From Candidatus Hydrogenedentota bacterium (GTDB lineage: Bacteria; Hydrogenedentota; Hydrogenedentia; Hydrogenedentales; SLHB01): a stretch of 64,000 nt of DNA. Location: NCBI GenBank assembly GCA_045863295.1, contig BTWA01000027.1, forward strand, positions 1-64,000. Direction: 5' to 3'. Positions 20,487-29,369 of this stretch are shown one piece after another. Numbering within the stretch: position 1 is the first letter of the stretch; every line of letters begins with the position of its first letter. The notes below the pieces were generated by a model. The model did not search any database, was not told the origin of the DNA, and saw only the letters and a program-made list of their open reading frames with translations. A program made the position numbers and the translations under genes.

Positions 20487-21178
20487 CTTCCGTTTATTCG
20501 CGGCGAGCGGTCCATTGGCTGCGCTGTGCCATCTGTGCCTTGGGAGGATTGATGGTGGCGCTTTCTTGGCCGGTCCACGCGGGTACGCTTCTGTTTGAGG
20601 ATACTTTTAGAGAAACGATGGACAAAGAATGGACATGGAAGAGGGAAAACCCAAAGAATTGGCGGCTAACGGCAGTTGGTTTGGAGATTCGGATCGAACC
20701 CGGCAACATGTGGGGGAGCGACAACAATGCGAGTAATGTTCTGATCAGGCCATTACCTGTAATAGAGCATGGGAGTCTATCAATCACGTGCCGCGTGGAA
20801 AACCAACCGCTTTCGCAATATGAGCAAGTTGATCTCGTGTGGTACTACGATGACAGCCATATGGTCAAGATCGGACTGGAATTGGTGGATGGCCAACGAA
20901 GCATCGTGATGGGGCGCGAGGAGATGGACAAGACGAAAACGATTCGAATCGCACCTATGGAATCACAATCGGTCTATCTTCAATTGAGCGTCAAAGGAAA
21001 ACGTATACGCGGAGCATACCGCGTGTCCGAGGAAAGTGAATGGAACATCGCAGGAGAGTGCGACCTGCCAGCCAATAGCGGTGCCCACGCGAGCCTCCAA
21101 TGTTACCAAGGTGCGGCCGAAATCGAGCACTGGGCACTTATTCGCGATTTCAAAATCATTCACGAACCGGGCGAGTAA
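20483..21178 (+). CDS. Secreted ConA-like beta-sandwich protein (DUF1349 / beta-xylosidase C-terminal-like)
   Basis: Signal peptide ending VHA. DxF....W.W.RE...W pattern, YEQ..L..Y.DD...VKIG.E. Confidence 0.6.
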   Translation: MTSVYSRRAVHWLRCAICALGGLMVALSWPVHAGTLLFEDTFRETMDKEWTWKRENPKNWRLTAVGLEIRIEPGNMWGSDNNASNVLIRPLPVIEHGSLSITCRVENQPLSQYEQVDLVWYYDDSHMVKIGLELVDGQRSIVMGREEMDKTKTIRIAPMESQSVYLQLSVKGKRIRGAYRVSEESEWNIAGECDLPANSGAHASLQCYQGAAEIEHWALIRDFKIIHEPGE

Positions 21179-21281
21179 CCGGGTCCGCCACACTTCCTTG
21201 CATATGGCGTGACCGACCTTCCTTCGTACATTGCGCGGTTTGTTTGCTTGGACGATTGAATGATCGTGTGAATGATGGCAG

Positions 21282-23921
21282 TCAGCCCTGTGCGGCCGTC
21301 TCCATTTCCACGTCGATCAGTGCGAGACCATGACCGGGTTCTCCTTCGGCCAGTTCCATGCCTTCGATTTGAAGCATTTTACAGATGTCGAATTGCACGG
21401 AATGGATGGCGTCCAAGGTCGGCCTGTGCGCAATGATGCCCGTGCGACGGACCGGCGCTTTTACGCTCAGATTTTTTTCCGCCTTTGCCTTTCGTACCGC
21501 ATCCAGCACACAAATAAGTGCATCCCACGTGATATCCAATTCGGGATCGGGTACAGAAGCGAATTCTTCGAGCGTGGGCCAGGGGGATGTGTGTATGAAA
21601 GGTTTCATTTCGTCATCACCGCTGTATGCCCACTTCCAAACCTCTTCGGTCAAGTAGGGTATAAAGGGCGCCATCATGCGAAGCAATGCTCTATGCAGGC
21701 ACCGGACAGTTGCCGCCGCCGACAAGCGTCCTTCGGTGAGTCCTTCCTCGTAGGTTCTGGGCTTGGCCAATTCAAGGTAGTTGTCACAGAACGTGCGCCA
21801 GAAAAAGTCTTCCGTCAATTGAAAAGCCTGGGCGTAGTCAAACGCCTCAAACGCCTCCGTGGCTTTTTGTATAAGTGGACGCAGTTCCCGAATAACTGCC
21901 CGGTCAGCCTCTTGCGTAATCTTGTCGGGGCCGAGCAGGCTTGGCGAAATTCCCTCAATGCGGCCCAGCGCAAATTTGCTTGCGTTAAAAAGCTTCGTGC
22001 AAAGGCGGCGGCCCACTTTGAAAACCTGTTCGTCGTAGGCGGTGTCCGTGCCCAGGCGCGCGCGGGCCGCCCAATAGCGGACAGAGTCCGCGCCATACTG
22101 ATCCAAGAGAGGTTCCGGCGTTACCACATTCCCTTGGCTTTTGGACATTTTCTTGCGATCGGGGTCCAGAATCCAGCCACTGATGACGACGTTGTGCCAG
22201 GGGACGGTGTTCTCGTGCAAATGCGCCTTGACAATCGTGTAGAAGGCCCATGTGCGGATAATCTCGTGCGACTGCGGACGTATATCCATCGGAAATACCG
22301 ATTGATGACGCTTTTGGTCGAGCATGCCGTGACTGCAGATTTGCGGCGTCAATGAACTCGTCGCCCAAGTGTCCAGCACATCCGGATCGCCTGTAAACCC
22401 GCCCGGTTTGTCGCGTTGCTCCTGCGTGTATCCCGAGGGTACGTCGTCCAACGGATCCAACGGTAACTGTTCGGGAGCGGGGAGGATTCGTTGGTCATAG
22501 CAGACCCTGCCGGACTCGTCGATCTTGTACCATACTGGAATCGGCACGCCGAAGTAGCGTTGCCGGCTCAAGCACCAATCCTGATTGAGGCCCTGCACCC
22601 AATGTTCATAACGAATACCCATGTGAGACGGGTGCCAGGCGATTGTACGGCCTCGATCAACGAGCGCCTCCTTATGGTCCAGAATTCGCGAAAACCATTG
22701 ACGCGCCGGAATCAGCTCAAGCGGGCGATCGCCTTTCTCAAAGAACTTCACGGGGTGTACGATGTCTTGCGCCGGACGATCCAGAACATCGCCTCTGGCC
22801 TCAAAGTTCTCCACTAAAATCTTACGGGCTTGTTTGACGTACTTGCCTTGTATCTGCTGATAAATCTCCATGGCCAACGCAGGCTCAATGCTGGGAATCG
22901 TTCCCGCGGTTTGCGGGCTTCCCTCCAATACGAATTGAACAGGCATCAAGTGCCCATCGCGATCCAGCACTTGCCGGACCGAAAGCTCATGGTCGCGCAC
23001 CCACTCTACGTCGGTTTGATCGCCGTAGGTACAGACCATCACGATCCCCGTACCTTTTTCCGGGTCGGCTTTTACATCGGTTTTGATGGGTACCGGCACG
23101 CCAAAGAGAGGCGTTATGGCACGTTTCCCAACCAGATGCCTATAGCGTTCGTCTTCGGGGTGCACGAGAACGCCCACACACGCTGGAAGCAATTCCGGCC
23201 TTGTAGTAGCAATGACGATGGGCGCTTGCGACCCTTCAACGCCAAACCGTAGAAAGTGATATGCGCTGGGGACTTCCTTGTCAGTGACTTCGGCCTGGGC
23301 AATGGCAGTACGAAAATCGACATCCCATAAAACGGGGCGCTCCGCTTGATACACTTCATCCCGTGCCAGGAGTTCCAAGAAGCTTAACTGCGAAATTCGA
23401 CGGCAATGCTCATCAATCGTCGCGTACTCCAGACTCCAGTCGTACGAGAGACCCAGCCTTGTCCACAGGCGCTTGAATGCTTCTTCATCGTCAGCCGTGA
23501 CAATATTGCACAACTCGATGAAATTCTTGCGGCTAACGGGGATTGGGTCGCCCTTGCGGCCGCGTTCCGGCTTGAATTCGGGATCATAGTGCAAGTGCGG
23601 TTCACAGCGAACGTTGAATAAGTTCTGCACGCGCCGCTCGGTAGGCAACCCGTTGTCGTCCCATCCAATGGGAAAGAAGATATTTTTGCCCCGCATGCGT
23701 TGGAAACGAACGATGAAATCCTGGTGGGAATAGCTGAACAGATGGCCCATGTGGAGCGAACCGCTCACTGTAGGCGGTGGAGTATCCACGGCGAATGTCT
23801 CGTCGCGGCCACGTTCGGGATTCCATTTGTAGATCCCCGTGTCCAGCCATCGGTTACACCACTGCCCTTCGATAGACTCGTGTTCATACTTCGAAGGGGT
23901 ATTCTCGCCAGACGCGCCCAT
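21282..23921 (-). CDS. valS: Valyl-tRNA synthetase (type-2 / archaeal-like form)
   Basis: DTPPPTVSGSLHMGH, GWDDNGLPTER, DWCLSRQRYFGVP, KMSKS. Start at MGASG after an AGGAG RBS. Confidence 0.95.
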   Translation of the reverse strand: MGASGENTPSKYEHESIEGQWCNRWLDTGIYKWNPERGRDETFAVDTPPPTVSGSLHMGHLFSYSHQDFIVRFQRMRGKNIFFPIGWDDNGLPTERRVQNLFNVRCEPHLHYDPEFKPERGRKGDPIPVSRKNFIELCNIVTADDEEAFKRLWTRLGLSYDWSLEYATIDEHCRRISQLSFLELLARDEVYQAERPVLWDVDFRTAIAQAEVTDKEVPSAYHFLRFGVEGSQAPIVIATTRPELLPACVGVLVHPEDERYRHLVGKRAITPLFGVPVPIKTDVKADPEKGTGIVMVCTYGDQTDVEWVRDHELSVRQVLDRDGHLMPVQFVLEGSPQTAGTIPSIEPALAMEIYQQIQGKYVKQARKILVENFEARGDVLDRPAQDIVHPVKFFEKGDRPLELIPARQWFSRILDHKEALVDRGRTIAWHPSHMGIRYEHWVQGLNQDWCLSRQRYFGVPIPVWYKIDESGRVCYDQRILPAPEQLPLDPLDDVPSGYTQEQRDKPGGFTGDPDVLDTWATSSLTPQICSHGMLDQKRHQSVFPMDIRPQSHEIIRTWAFYTIVKAHLHENTVPWHNVVISGWILDPDRKKMSKSQGNVVTPEPLLDQYGADSVRYWAARARLGTDTAYDEQVFKVGRRLCTKLFNASKFALGRIEGISPSLLGPDKITQEADRAVIRELRPLIQKATEAFEAFDYAQAFQLTEDFFWRTFCDNYLELAKPRTYEEGLTEGRLSAAATVRCLHRALLRMMAPFIPYLTEEVWKWAYSGDDEMKPFIHTSPWPTLEEFASVPDPELDITWDALICVLDAVRKAKAEKNLSVKAPVRRTGIIAHRPTLDAIHSVQFDICKMLQIEGMELAEGEPGHGLALIDVEMETAAQG

Positions 23922-24515
23922 GGACAACTCCTGTGCTATGTTCTGCCGCATAAACTAGTTGGGTTGTTTCAAACAGTAATCAAAACACTCGGCCAGTCGG
24001 CCATTCCAGATTGACACTCTAGTTCTCGGCAAAAGAGTGCGGAGTATACCAAGAATTCACCCTACTTTTCACACGGTCCGACCGGAAAATCGAGGTATCT
24101 CTCCGCATGCTGTGTTCCGCAGGCGGTTTTTTGGGGTTATTCGAAATATTTCACTGCGAGCGGAGCAAGACGAGTTCATTGTATACCCGCATGTCGACTA
24201 GGGTTAGTTCGTGCAAAGGAAGAAGGGTGCCGTTTTGTTGTTGAGATCGAGGTTTATGAAAATGGGGCAGGAGTAGAAAAGGTTATTCGAATTGCGGAAA
24301 TCGAACGAATTGTCGGCCATTTGATGGATTGCTCCTGTCCATTTAAAGGCCGATGCTCAAATTATTCTGTATAAGATGTCTCAATCAAAGGACTTGCAGA
24401 AGTGCCCCTGGTTGCGTATAATCAACCCATTGAATTTAGGACGACAGATGAAGATCCCGTGCGCGGCGTTCTGCCACGGGAAGACGCCCAAGCCGGTGAT
24501 GGAGGACCTTGCTCC

Positions 24516-24860
24516 GTGACAATGACCAAACGGGAATTGGTGATCCGCGTAGCAAACAGGCTCGGAATGACCCAAAGCGATGTCGCCAAGATAATTGAGG
24601 GGACATTCGAAACCATTTCGAGGACCTTGGCGGAAGGTAAGCGCTGGGAATTACGTGACTTTGGAGTGTTTGAAGTAAAAAGCAGGGCGTCCCGACTTGG
24701 CAGAAATCCGCGTACCGGCGATCAGGTGCCAGTGCCGGAGCGCCGTGTCGTCACGTTCCGCCCTGGAAAGAAGATGAAAGAATTGGTTGCGACCGGTTCA
24801 GAAGATGAGATGGAGCCTGGATCTCCACCTGTCAGCGGATCGGCAGATTCCAATCCTTAG
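24516..24860 (+). CDS. HU/IHF-family DNA-binding protein
   Basis: MTKRELV...ELRDFGVFEV...GRNPRTG...VVTFRPGK. GGAGG RBS before GTG 24516. Confidence 0.92.
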   Translation: MTMTKRELVIRVANRLGMTQSDVAKIIEGTFETISRTLAEGKRWELRDFGVFEVKSRASRLGRNPRTGDQVPVPERRVVTFRPGKKMKELVATGSEDEMEPGSPPVSGSADSNP

Positions 24861-25023
24861 ACGCCGATTCCGAGGTCCTTTTCTTACTTAAGTGACTATT
24901 GGTTTTCTTTCTTTTAGAATCCGTATGCTCGGCTACCAGGCTTCCCGGTGCGTAAATTGTGATTGATGTATTGCATTTATTGAATTTAATTTGGATTAAG
25001 CGGTATATTGACCGCATCATTTC

Positions 25024-25052
25024 TTGACAACCCCCACATCTGGCGGTATAGT
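25024..25052 (+). promoter_or_regulatory. sigma70 promoter of the propeller-PAS sensor gene
   Basis: TTGACA-N17-TATAGT. Confidence 0.7.
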
Positions 25053-25087
25053 AAACTGTGCGAAGATCGCTCAATTCGAGGACGTTC

Positions 25088-27958
25088 ATGGTCTCGCTCA
25101 GGCTACTCTGCCTATATGGATTGTTCGGGATGTCGGCTTTTTCCGATCTCTCGAACGGCTATGTCGAACAGTGGGACTTCCGTCACTATCGTACTCCGGA
25201 AACGTTGGGAGACGATCGCATTACAGACATAGAAGAGTCCGGAGATGGTTCCATCTGGGTCGCTACATGGGGGAGCGGCTTGAGCCATCTCAGAGGAACT
25301 GAATGGACCCAGTACAACACCAGTAACGGCCTTCCCGGCGACTGGTTGCGTTGTTTGCTGGCCGATCCTGATGGGAGCATGTGGATCGGAACGGCGGACG
25401 GATTAGCCCACATTCGGGACGGAGTTGTAACAGCGTATACTTCCGCCACGATTCCCGAACTCTACGACAACTCCATTCGATCGATGATTCGTTTGGAATC
25501 CGGTGCTCTCTGGCTGAGTATCCAAGAGCATCACATCGTACAATTTGAGCCAAATCTACCGGGATCCGGTCGTTGGTCCGTTATTGCGGACCAATCGATT
25601 ACCCAAGGTGACTCCATCCGCGCCATGATCGAAGAAGGTCCAGGCCATGTGTGGATTGCCACGGAAAATCAAGGCCTGTTGGAGTTTAACGATGGACAGT
25701 GGCAATGGCATGACATTGGCGATGGATTCGGTGCTGGAAGTGACTTGTTTGCCAAGGGCCCGGATGGGCGGTTGCTTGCCTCTTCGGACCATCACGTCTG
25801 GCGACTGAACGGGAGTGCATGGGAAATCCTGTATTCGCCGCCGGAAGGTACAACGTGTTTAGGCGTATCAAGCAATGGTAATGCTTATATTGGACTTACA
25901 TCGGGTTTGGCTCGTGTAGTCGACGGCAATCTGCTGCGTATGCCGTTAGGCCAAGAAATCGGCGCACCCCATGTGACCTCATTATTGGCCAGCAAGTCCA
26001 ATATGCTGTGGGTGGGTACTCAACAGGGACTTGTGCATGGTGTACTACCCTCATGGAAAAGCTATGCGGAATATGTTGCGGAGAATCTGAACATAGGAAC
26101 GGCATTGGCAGCCGAAGCCAGTGGCGACATGATCGTAATGGACGATCAGGGTGATGTATTTGGGTTTGAACTGGCTACGCAGGCCTTTGAGCGGATTGAG
26201 ATGCAACGGCCGGACGTTGGATCCGTACAATGGCTCACACGTGATCCGGATGGAACCTACTGGTACTTGACCACAACGCACTTAGTCCATTTTGATCCTC
26301 GGCAAAAAGCTGTACTCAGCCAATTGCCCCTGCCCGAATCCTCCGATGCCTCCCGGCTGTACCTTGATTCCAAGGGCAACAAATATATATACGGCGGCCG
26401 CACCTTCCAAACGACGACTGGAGACCACTGGAGGGTTGCCTTCGATGGATTGAGCAGCATAGAAAACCGAGTCACATGCATGGTGGAGAACGCAGACGGT
26501 TCCTTCTACGTGGGCACAGACTGGGGTGCTTATCACTGCCAAGGCGGTCAGGCGATTCCACTCGAATCTATTTATCCGGTTGCCAAAGACGTCCACTTCA
26601 AATCAGCCTTTCTTGCCAAAGACGGATCTAGTTGGCTTGGCACCTACGGTTCTGGGCTGTTGGTGATTGCAGACGGCGGGGTAAGACAGATTACGCGCAA
26701 AGACGGACTGTTAAGTGACCACATTTCGGCGATCTACGAAGCGTCAGACGGAACGATGTGGATTGGGTACCGTCGCAAGGGTGTGGGTTCATTCAAGGAC
26801 GGACTATGGTTAAACTATTCCAGTGAGGATGGCTTGCCAAACGGGTCTGTAGAGACGGTTTGTGAGTTTCCCGCCGGCTCCATATGGGCCGGAACGTCTC
26901 GATTTGGACTCTATCGATTTGAACCGGATGCCGCCGCCCCTGAAACGGAATTCCTCGGTTTCCCATCTGAAATTCACCACCGCGGCACTGCCGTATATTC
27001 ATTTGCCGGGCGGGATGCATGGAACCGTCAACTAACCAGCAAGCTGGTCTTCTCGTGGCGTCTGGTCTCGTTGGATGGCGACGATCGCGAGGTTCCCTGG
27101 TCGCCATTTACTTCAAAATCCACAATTGTCTTAAGTGATTTGAATCCTGGCCGTTACTATTTCGAAGTCCGCGCGTCCGATGGTGACCGCAATGTCGATT
27201 CCACGCCTTCGGCTCAACTGTTGGAAGTCCATCCGCCACTTTGGTTCACGCCGGAGTTTCTGGTCCCCGTGTCTCTGTTATCTGTCATGGTCGTTATTTC
27301 TCTGGGTATCGGCATGGGCAAGCACATAGCCTTACTGAACTCACAGCGCCTGCTCACGGATAGCGAACGGAGCCTGGCTGAGGCGCAGCGAATCGCCCAT
27401 CTTGGGCATTGGGTGTGGGACGTTGGCACTGGAGAGGTAACGTGTTCCAACGAGCTTTTGCGCATTCTCGGACTATCCAGAAAGTCCAGCCCGACTACGA
27501 GCGACACCTTTCTTGGTGCAGTGCATGCCGAGGATCGGCTGCAAGTGGAAGAGGCCGTAAACACATCCATTCGCAAGGGAAATCCAATACGAGTTGACCA
27601 TCGTGTAATCCAACCCAATGGTGAGCAACGATTCGTACAGACTCAAGGCGAAGCGATAGTGGACGCTGAAGGCCAGGTCGTACGTTTTCAGGGTACCGTG
27701 CTGGACGTAACCGAACGAAAGCGTGCGGAAGATGAGCGGGAAAAGTTGATCCAGGACTTGCGTCTTGCATTATCCCAAGTGCGTACCTTGCGTGGCCTAC
27801 TACCCATTTGCACGTCTTGCAAACGGATACGGGACGACAAAGGGTACTGGGAGCAGGTTGAAGTGTATTTTCGGGACCACACGGAAATTGATTTTTCTCA
27901 TAGCATTTGCCCTGAATGCGTCAAGCGGCTATATCCAACACTGTACAAGGCCGATTGA
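25088..27958 (+). CDS. Membrane sensor: periplasmic beta-propeller repeats + Y_Y_Y-like domain, TM, PAS/PAC, C-terminal Cys/His (LLPICxxCK...SHxxCPxC) domain
   Basis: Repeated DGSxWxGT..GL units, NPGRYYFEVRA, EAQRIAHLGHWVWD PAS, DVTERKRAE. No HisKA or GGDEF motifs. Start at ATG 25088 with a GAGGA RBS. Confidence 0.85.
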   Translation: MVSLRLLCLYGLFGMSAFSDLSNGYVEQWDFRHYRTPETLGDDRITDIEESGDGSIWVATWGSGLSHLRGTEWTQYNTSNGLPGDWLRCLLADPDGSMWIGTADGLAHIRDGVVTAYTSATIPELYDNSIRSMIRLESGALWLSIQEHHIVQFEPNLPGSGRWSVIADQSITQGDSIRAMIEEGPGHVWIATENQGLLEFNDGQWQWHDIGDGFGAGSDLFAKGPDGRLLASSDHHVWRLNGSAWEILYSPPEGTTCLGVSSNGNAYIGLTSGLARVVDGNLLRMPLGQEIGAPHVTSLLASKSNMLWVGTQQGLVHGVLPSWKSYAEYVAENLNIGTALAAEASGDMIVMDDQGDVFGFELATQAFERIEMQRPDVGSVQWLTRDPDGTYWYLTTTHLVHFDPRQKAVLSQLPLPESSDASRLYLDSKGNKYIYGGRTFQTTTGDHWRVAFDGLSSIENRVTCMVENADGSFYVGTDWGAYHCQGGQAIPLESIYPVAKDVHFKSAFLAKDGSSWLGTYGSGLLVIADGGVRQITRKDGLLSDHISAIYEASDGTMWIGYRRKGVGSFKDGLWLNYSSEDGLPNGSVETVCEFPAGSIWAGTSRFGLYRFEPDAAAPETEFLGFPSEIHHRGTAVYSFAGRDAWNRQLTSKLVFSWRLVSLDGDDREVPWSPFTSKSTIVLSDLNPGRYYFEVRASDGDRNVDSTPSAQLLEVHPPLWFTPEFLVPVSLLSVMVVISLGIGMGKHIALLNSQRLLTDSERSLAEAQRIAHLGHWVWDVGTGEVTCSNELLRILGLSRKSSPTTSDTFLGAVHAEDRLQVEEAVNTSIRKGNPIRVDHRVIQPNGEQRFVQTQGEAIVDAEGQVVRFQGTVLDVTERKRAEDEREKLIQDLRLALSQVRTLRGLLPICTSCKRIRDDKGYWEQVEVYFRDHTEIDFSHSICPECVKRLYPTLYKAD

Positions 27959-28020
27959 GGAGGCACTTCACGTGTCTCCCGCTCGTTGAACCCGACCCAC
28001 GTAAGCGATATGATCTTTGT

Positions 28021-28713
28021 ATGAAAATTCTGGCTCTGGACACTTCGACTTCCATTCTATCCGCGGCGGTTTGCCATGACGACGCAATATGGGCCGAGTA
28101 CACAATCGATTGTGGAAGGACTCACGCCGAACGGGCCATTGACTTCCTGGACATCCTGTTGTGCGACGCGGGACTGAAGCTTGCCGATTTGGACGCTTTA
28201 GCGGTATCGCACGGCCCCGGATCCTTTACAGGAGTTCGGGTCGGCGTCTCCCTGTGTAAAGGTCTGGCATTGGCCAACGGACTACCGCTGTACGGGGTTC
28301 CCACGTTGGATGCCATGGCGCGTGGTTTCGGGTTAGGGTCCGGTTCGCTGTGTGTGATGTTGGACGCAAAGATGAGCGAAGTGTTTGGGGCCGCATTTCG
28401 CTTCGACGGCAGCACGCGGGTAAAGACCTGCACCGACCAGGCCGTCGCGCCGGAACGTTTGGCCGGGCAAATGAAACCCGGCACGGTGTTCATGGGCGAC
28501 GGTGCGGTTTTATATGCCGAACAGATACGGGAAGCGTGTTCCGAAGCCGTCGTATTGCCAATGGGATTGTCCATTCCCAGGGCGTCCATGGTGGGATTTG
28601 AGGCGATTGAAATGGCACGAAACGGGGATCCAGGGGATGCCGCGGCCGTAGCTCCGGTCTACTTACGCCCATCTCAGGCTGAACAACTATACTCCCGGAT
28701 GGGCAAGCAGTGA
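28021..28713 (+). CDS. tsaB: t6A biosynthesis protein TsaB
   Basis: MKILALDTS, GPGSFTGVRVG, DAKMSEV, PVYLRPSQAE. Confidence 0.93.
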   Translation: MKILALDTSTSILSAAVCHDDAIWAEYTIDCGRTHAERAIDFLDILLCDAGLKLADLDALAVSHGPGSFTGVRVGVSLCKGLALANGLPLYGVPTLDAMARGFGLGSGSLCVMLDAKMSEVFGAAFRFDGSTRVKTCTDQAVAPERLAGQMKPGTVFMGDGAVLYAEQIREACSEAVVLPMGLSIPRASMVGFEAIEMARNGDPGDAAAVAPVYLRPSQAEQLYSRMGKQ

Positions 28714-29171
28714 CGATCATGCAGGATAGTCTACTTGAGTTTGAACCGATTGAGTTGAAGCACCTCGATGCGATTATGCTTATTGAGCCCGAGGCGTATC
28801 CTGAACCCTGGACCGAGGCTATGTTTCGTGACGAAATTCGCGGAAACCGGTCGTACTTCTATGTTGTCAATTTGGGACCGGAACTCATTGGATACGGAGG
28901 GTTTTGGCTGGTCGTTGACGAAGCGCACATTACCAGTGTGACGATCCGGAACGATCTGCGAGGCCGCGGCTACGGCCGGTGCCTGCTTGCGTACCTGTTG
29001 GAGGTTGCGGTAAAAGTAGGGGCTGAAGTGGCTACCCTGGAAGTGCGGACCTCGAATGCGGTGGCGCGCGAGTTGTATGCCAGTATGGGGTTTCGGGTTG
29101 CAGGCTTGCGGAAGAAGTACTATCCCAAAAGCAACGAAGACGCGATTATTATGACCAAGGAATTGGCCTAG
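28710..29171 (+). CDS. rimI: Ribosomal protein S18 alanine N-acetyltransferase
   Basis: DEAHIT, RGRGYG, TLEVRTSN, RKKYY...EDAIIM. Follows tsaB. Confidence 0.92.
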   Translation: MTIMQDSLLEFEPIELKHLDAIMLIEPEAYPEPWTEAMFRDEIRGNRSYFYVVNLGPELIGYGGFWLVVDEAHITSVTIRNDLRGRGYGRCLLAYLLEVAVKVGAEVATLEVRTSNAVARELYASMGFRVAGLRKKYYPKSNEDAIIMTKELA

Positions 29172-29369
29172 TCCCGATTTTTCACAACGACGTGTGAATG
29201 ATTGCGTAGCTTGATCCGAACTGCTGGAAGTGTGATAAAGGATTTATGTGCACTATGCGCCTATTAAGTGCAGCAAGAAATCCTTTGCAAACGATGACAC
29301 ATCGCGCACGCTTTGAGCGTGGCAAACCAAAAGGGCCGGCCAGAGGCGGAAAGGTGCGATCGCAGTAGC

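Noticed and set aside
23952..24180. Possible T-box leader for valS; hairpin with T run at about 24103-24132
   Set aside because: No T-box consensus seen, and the hairpin's T tract is on the strand opposite to valS.
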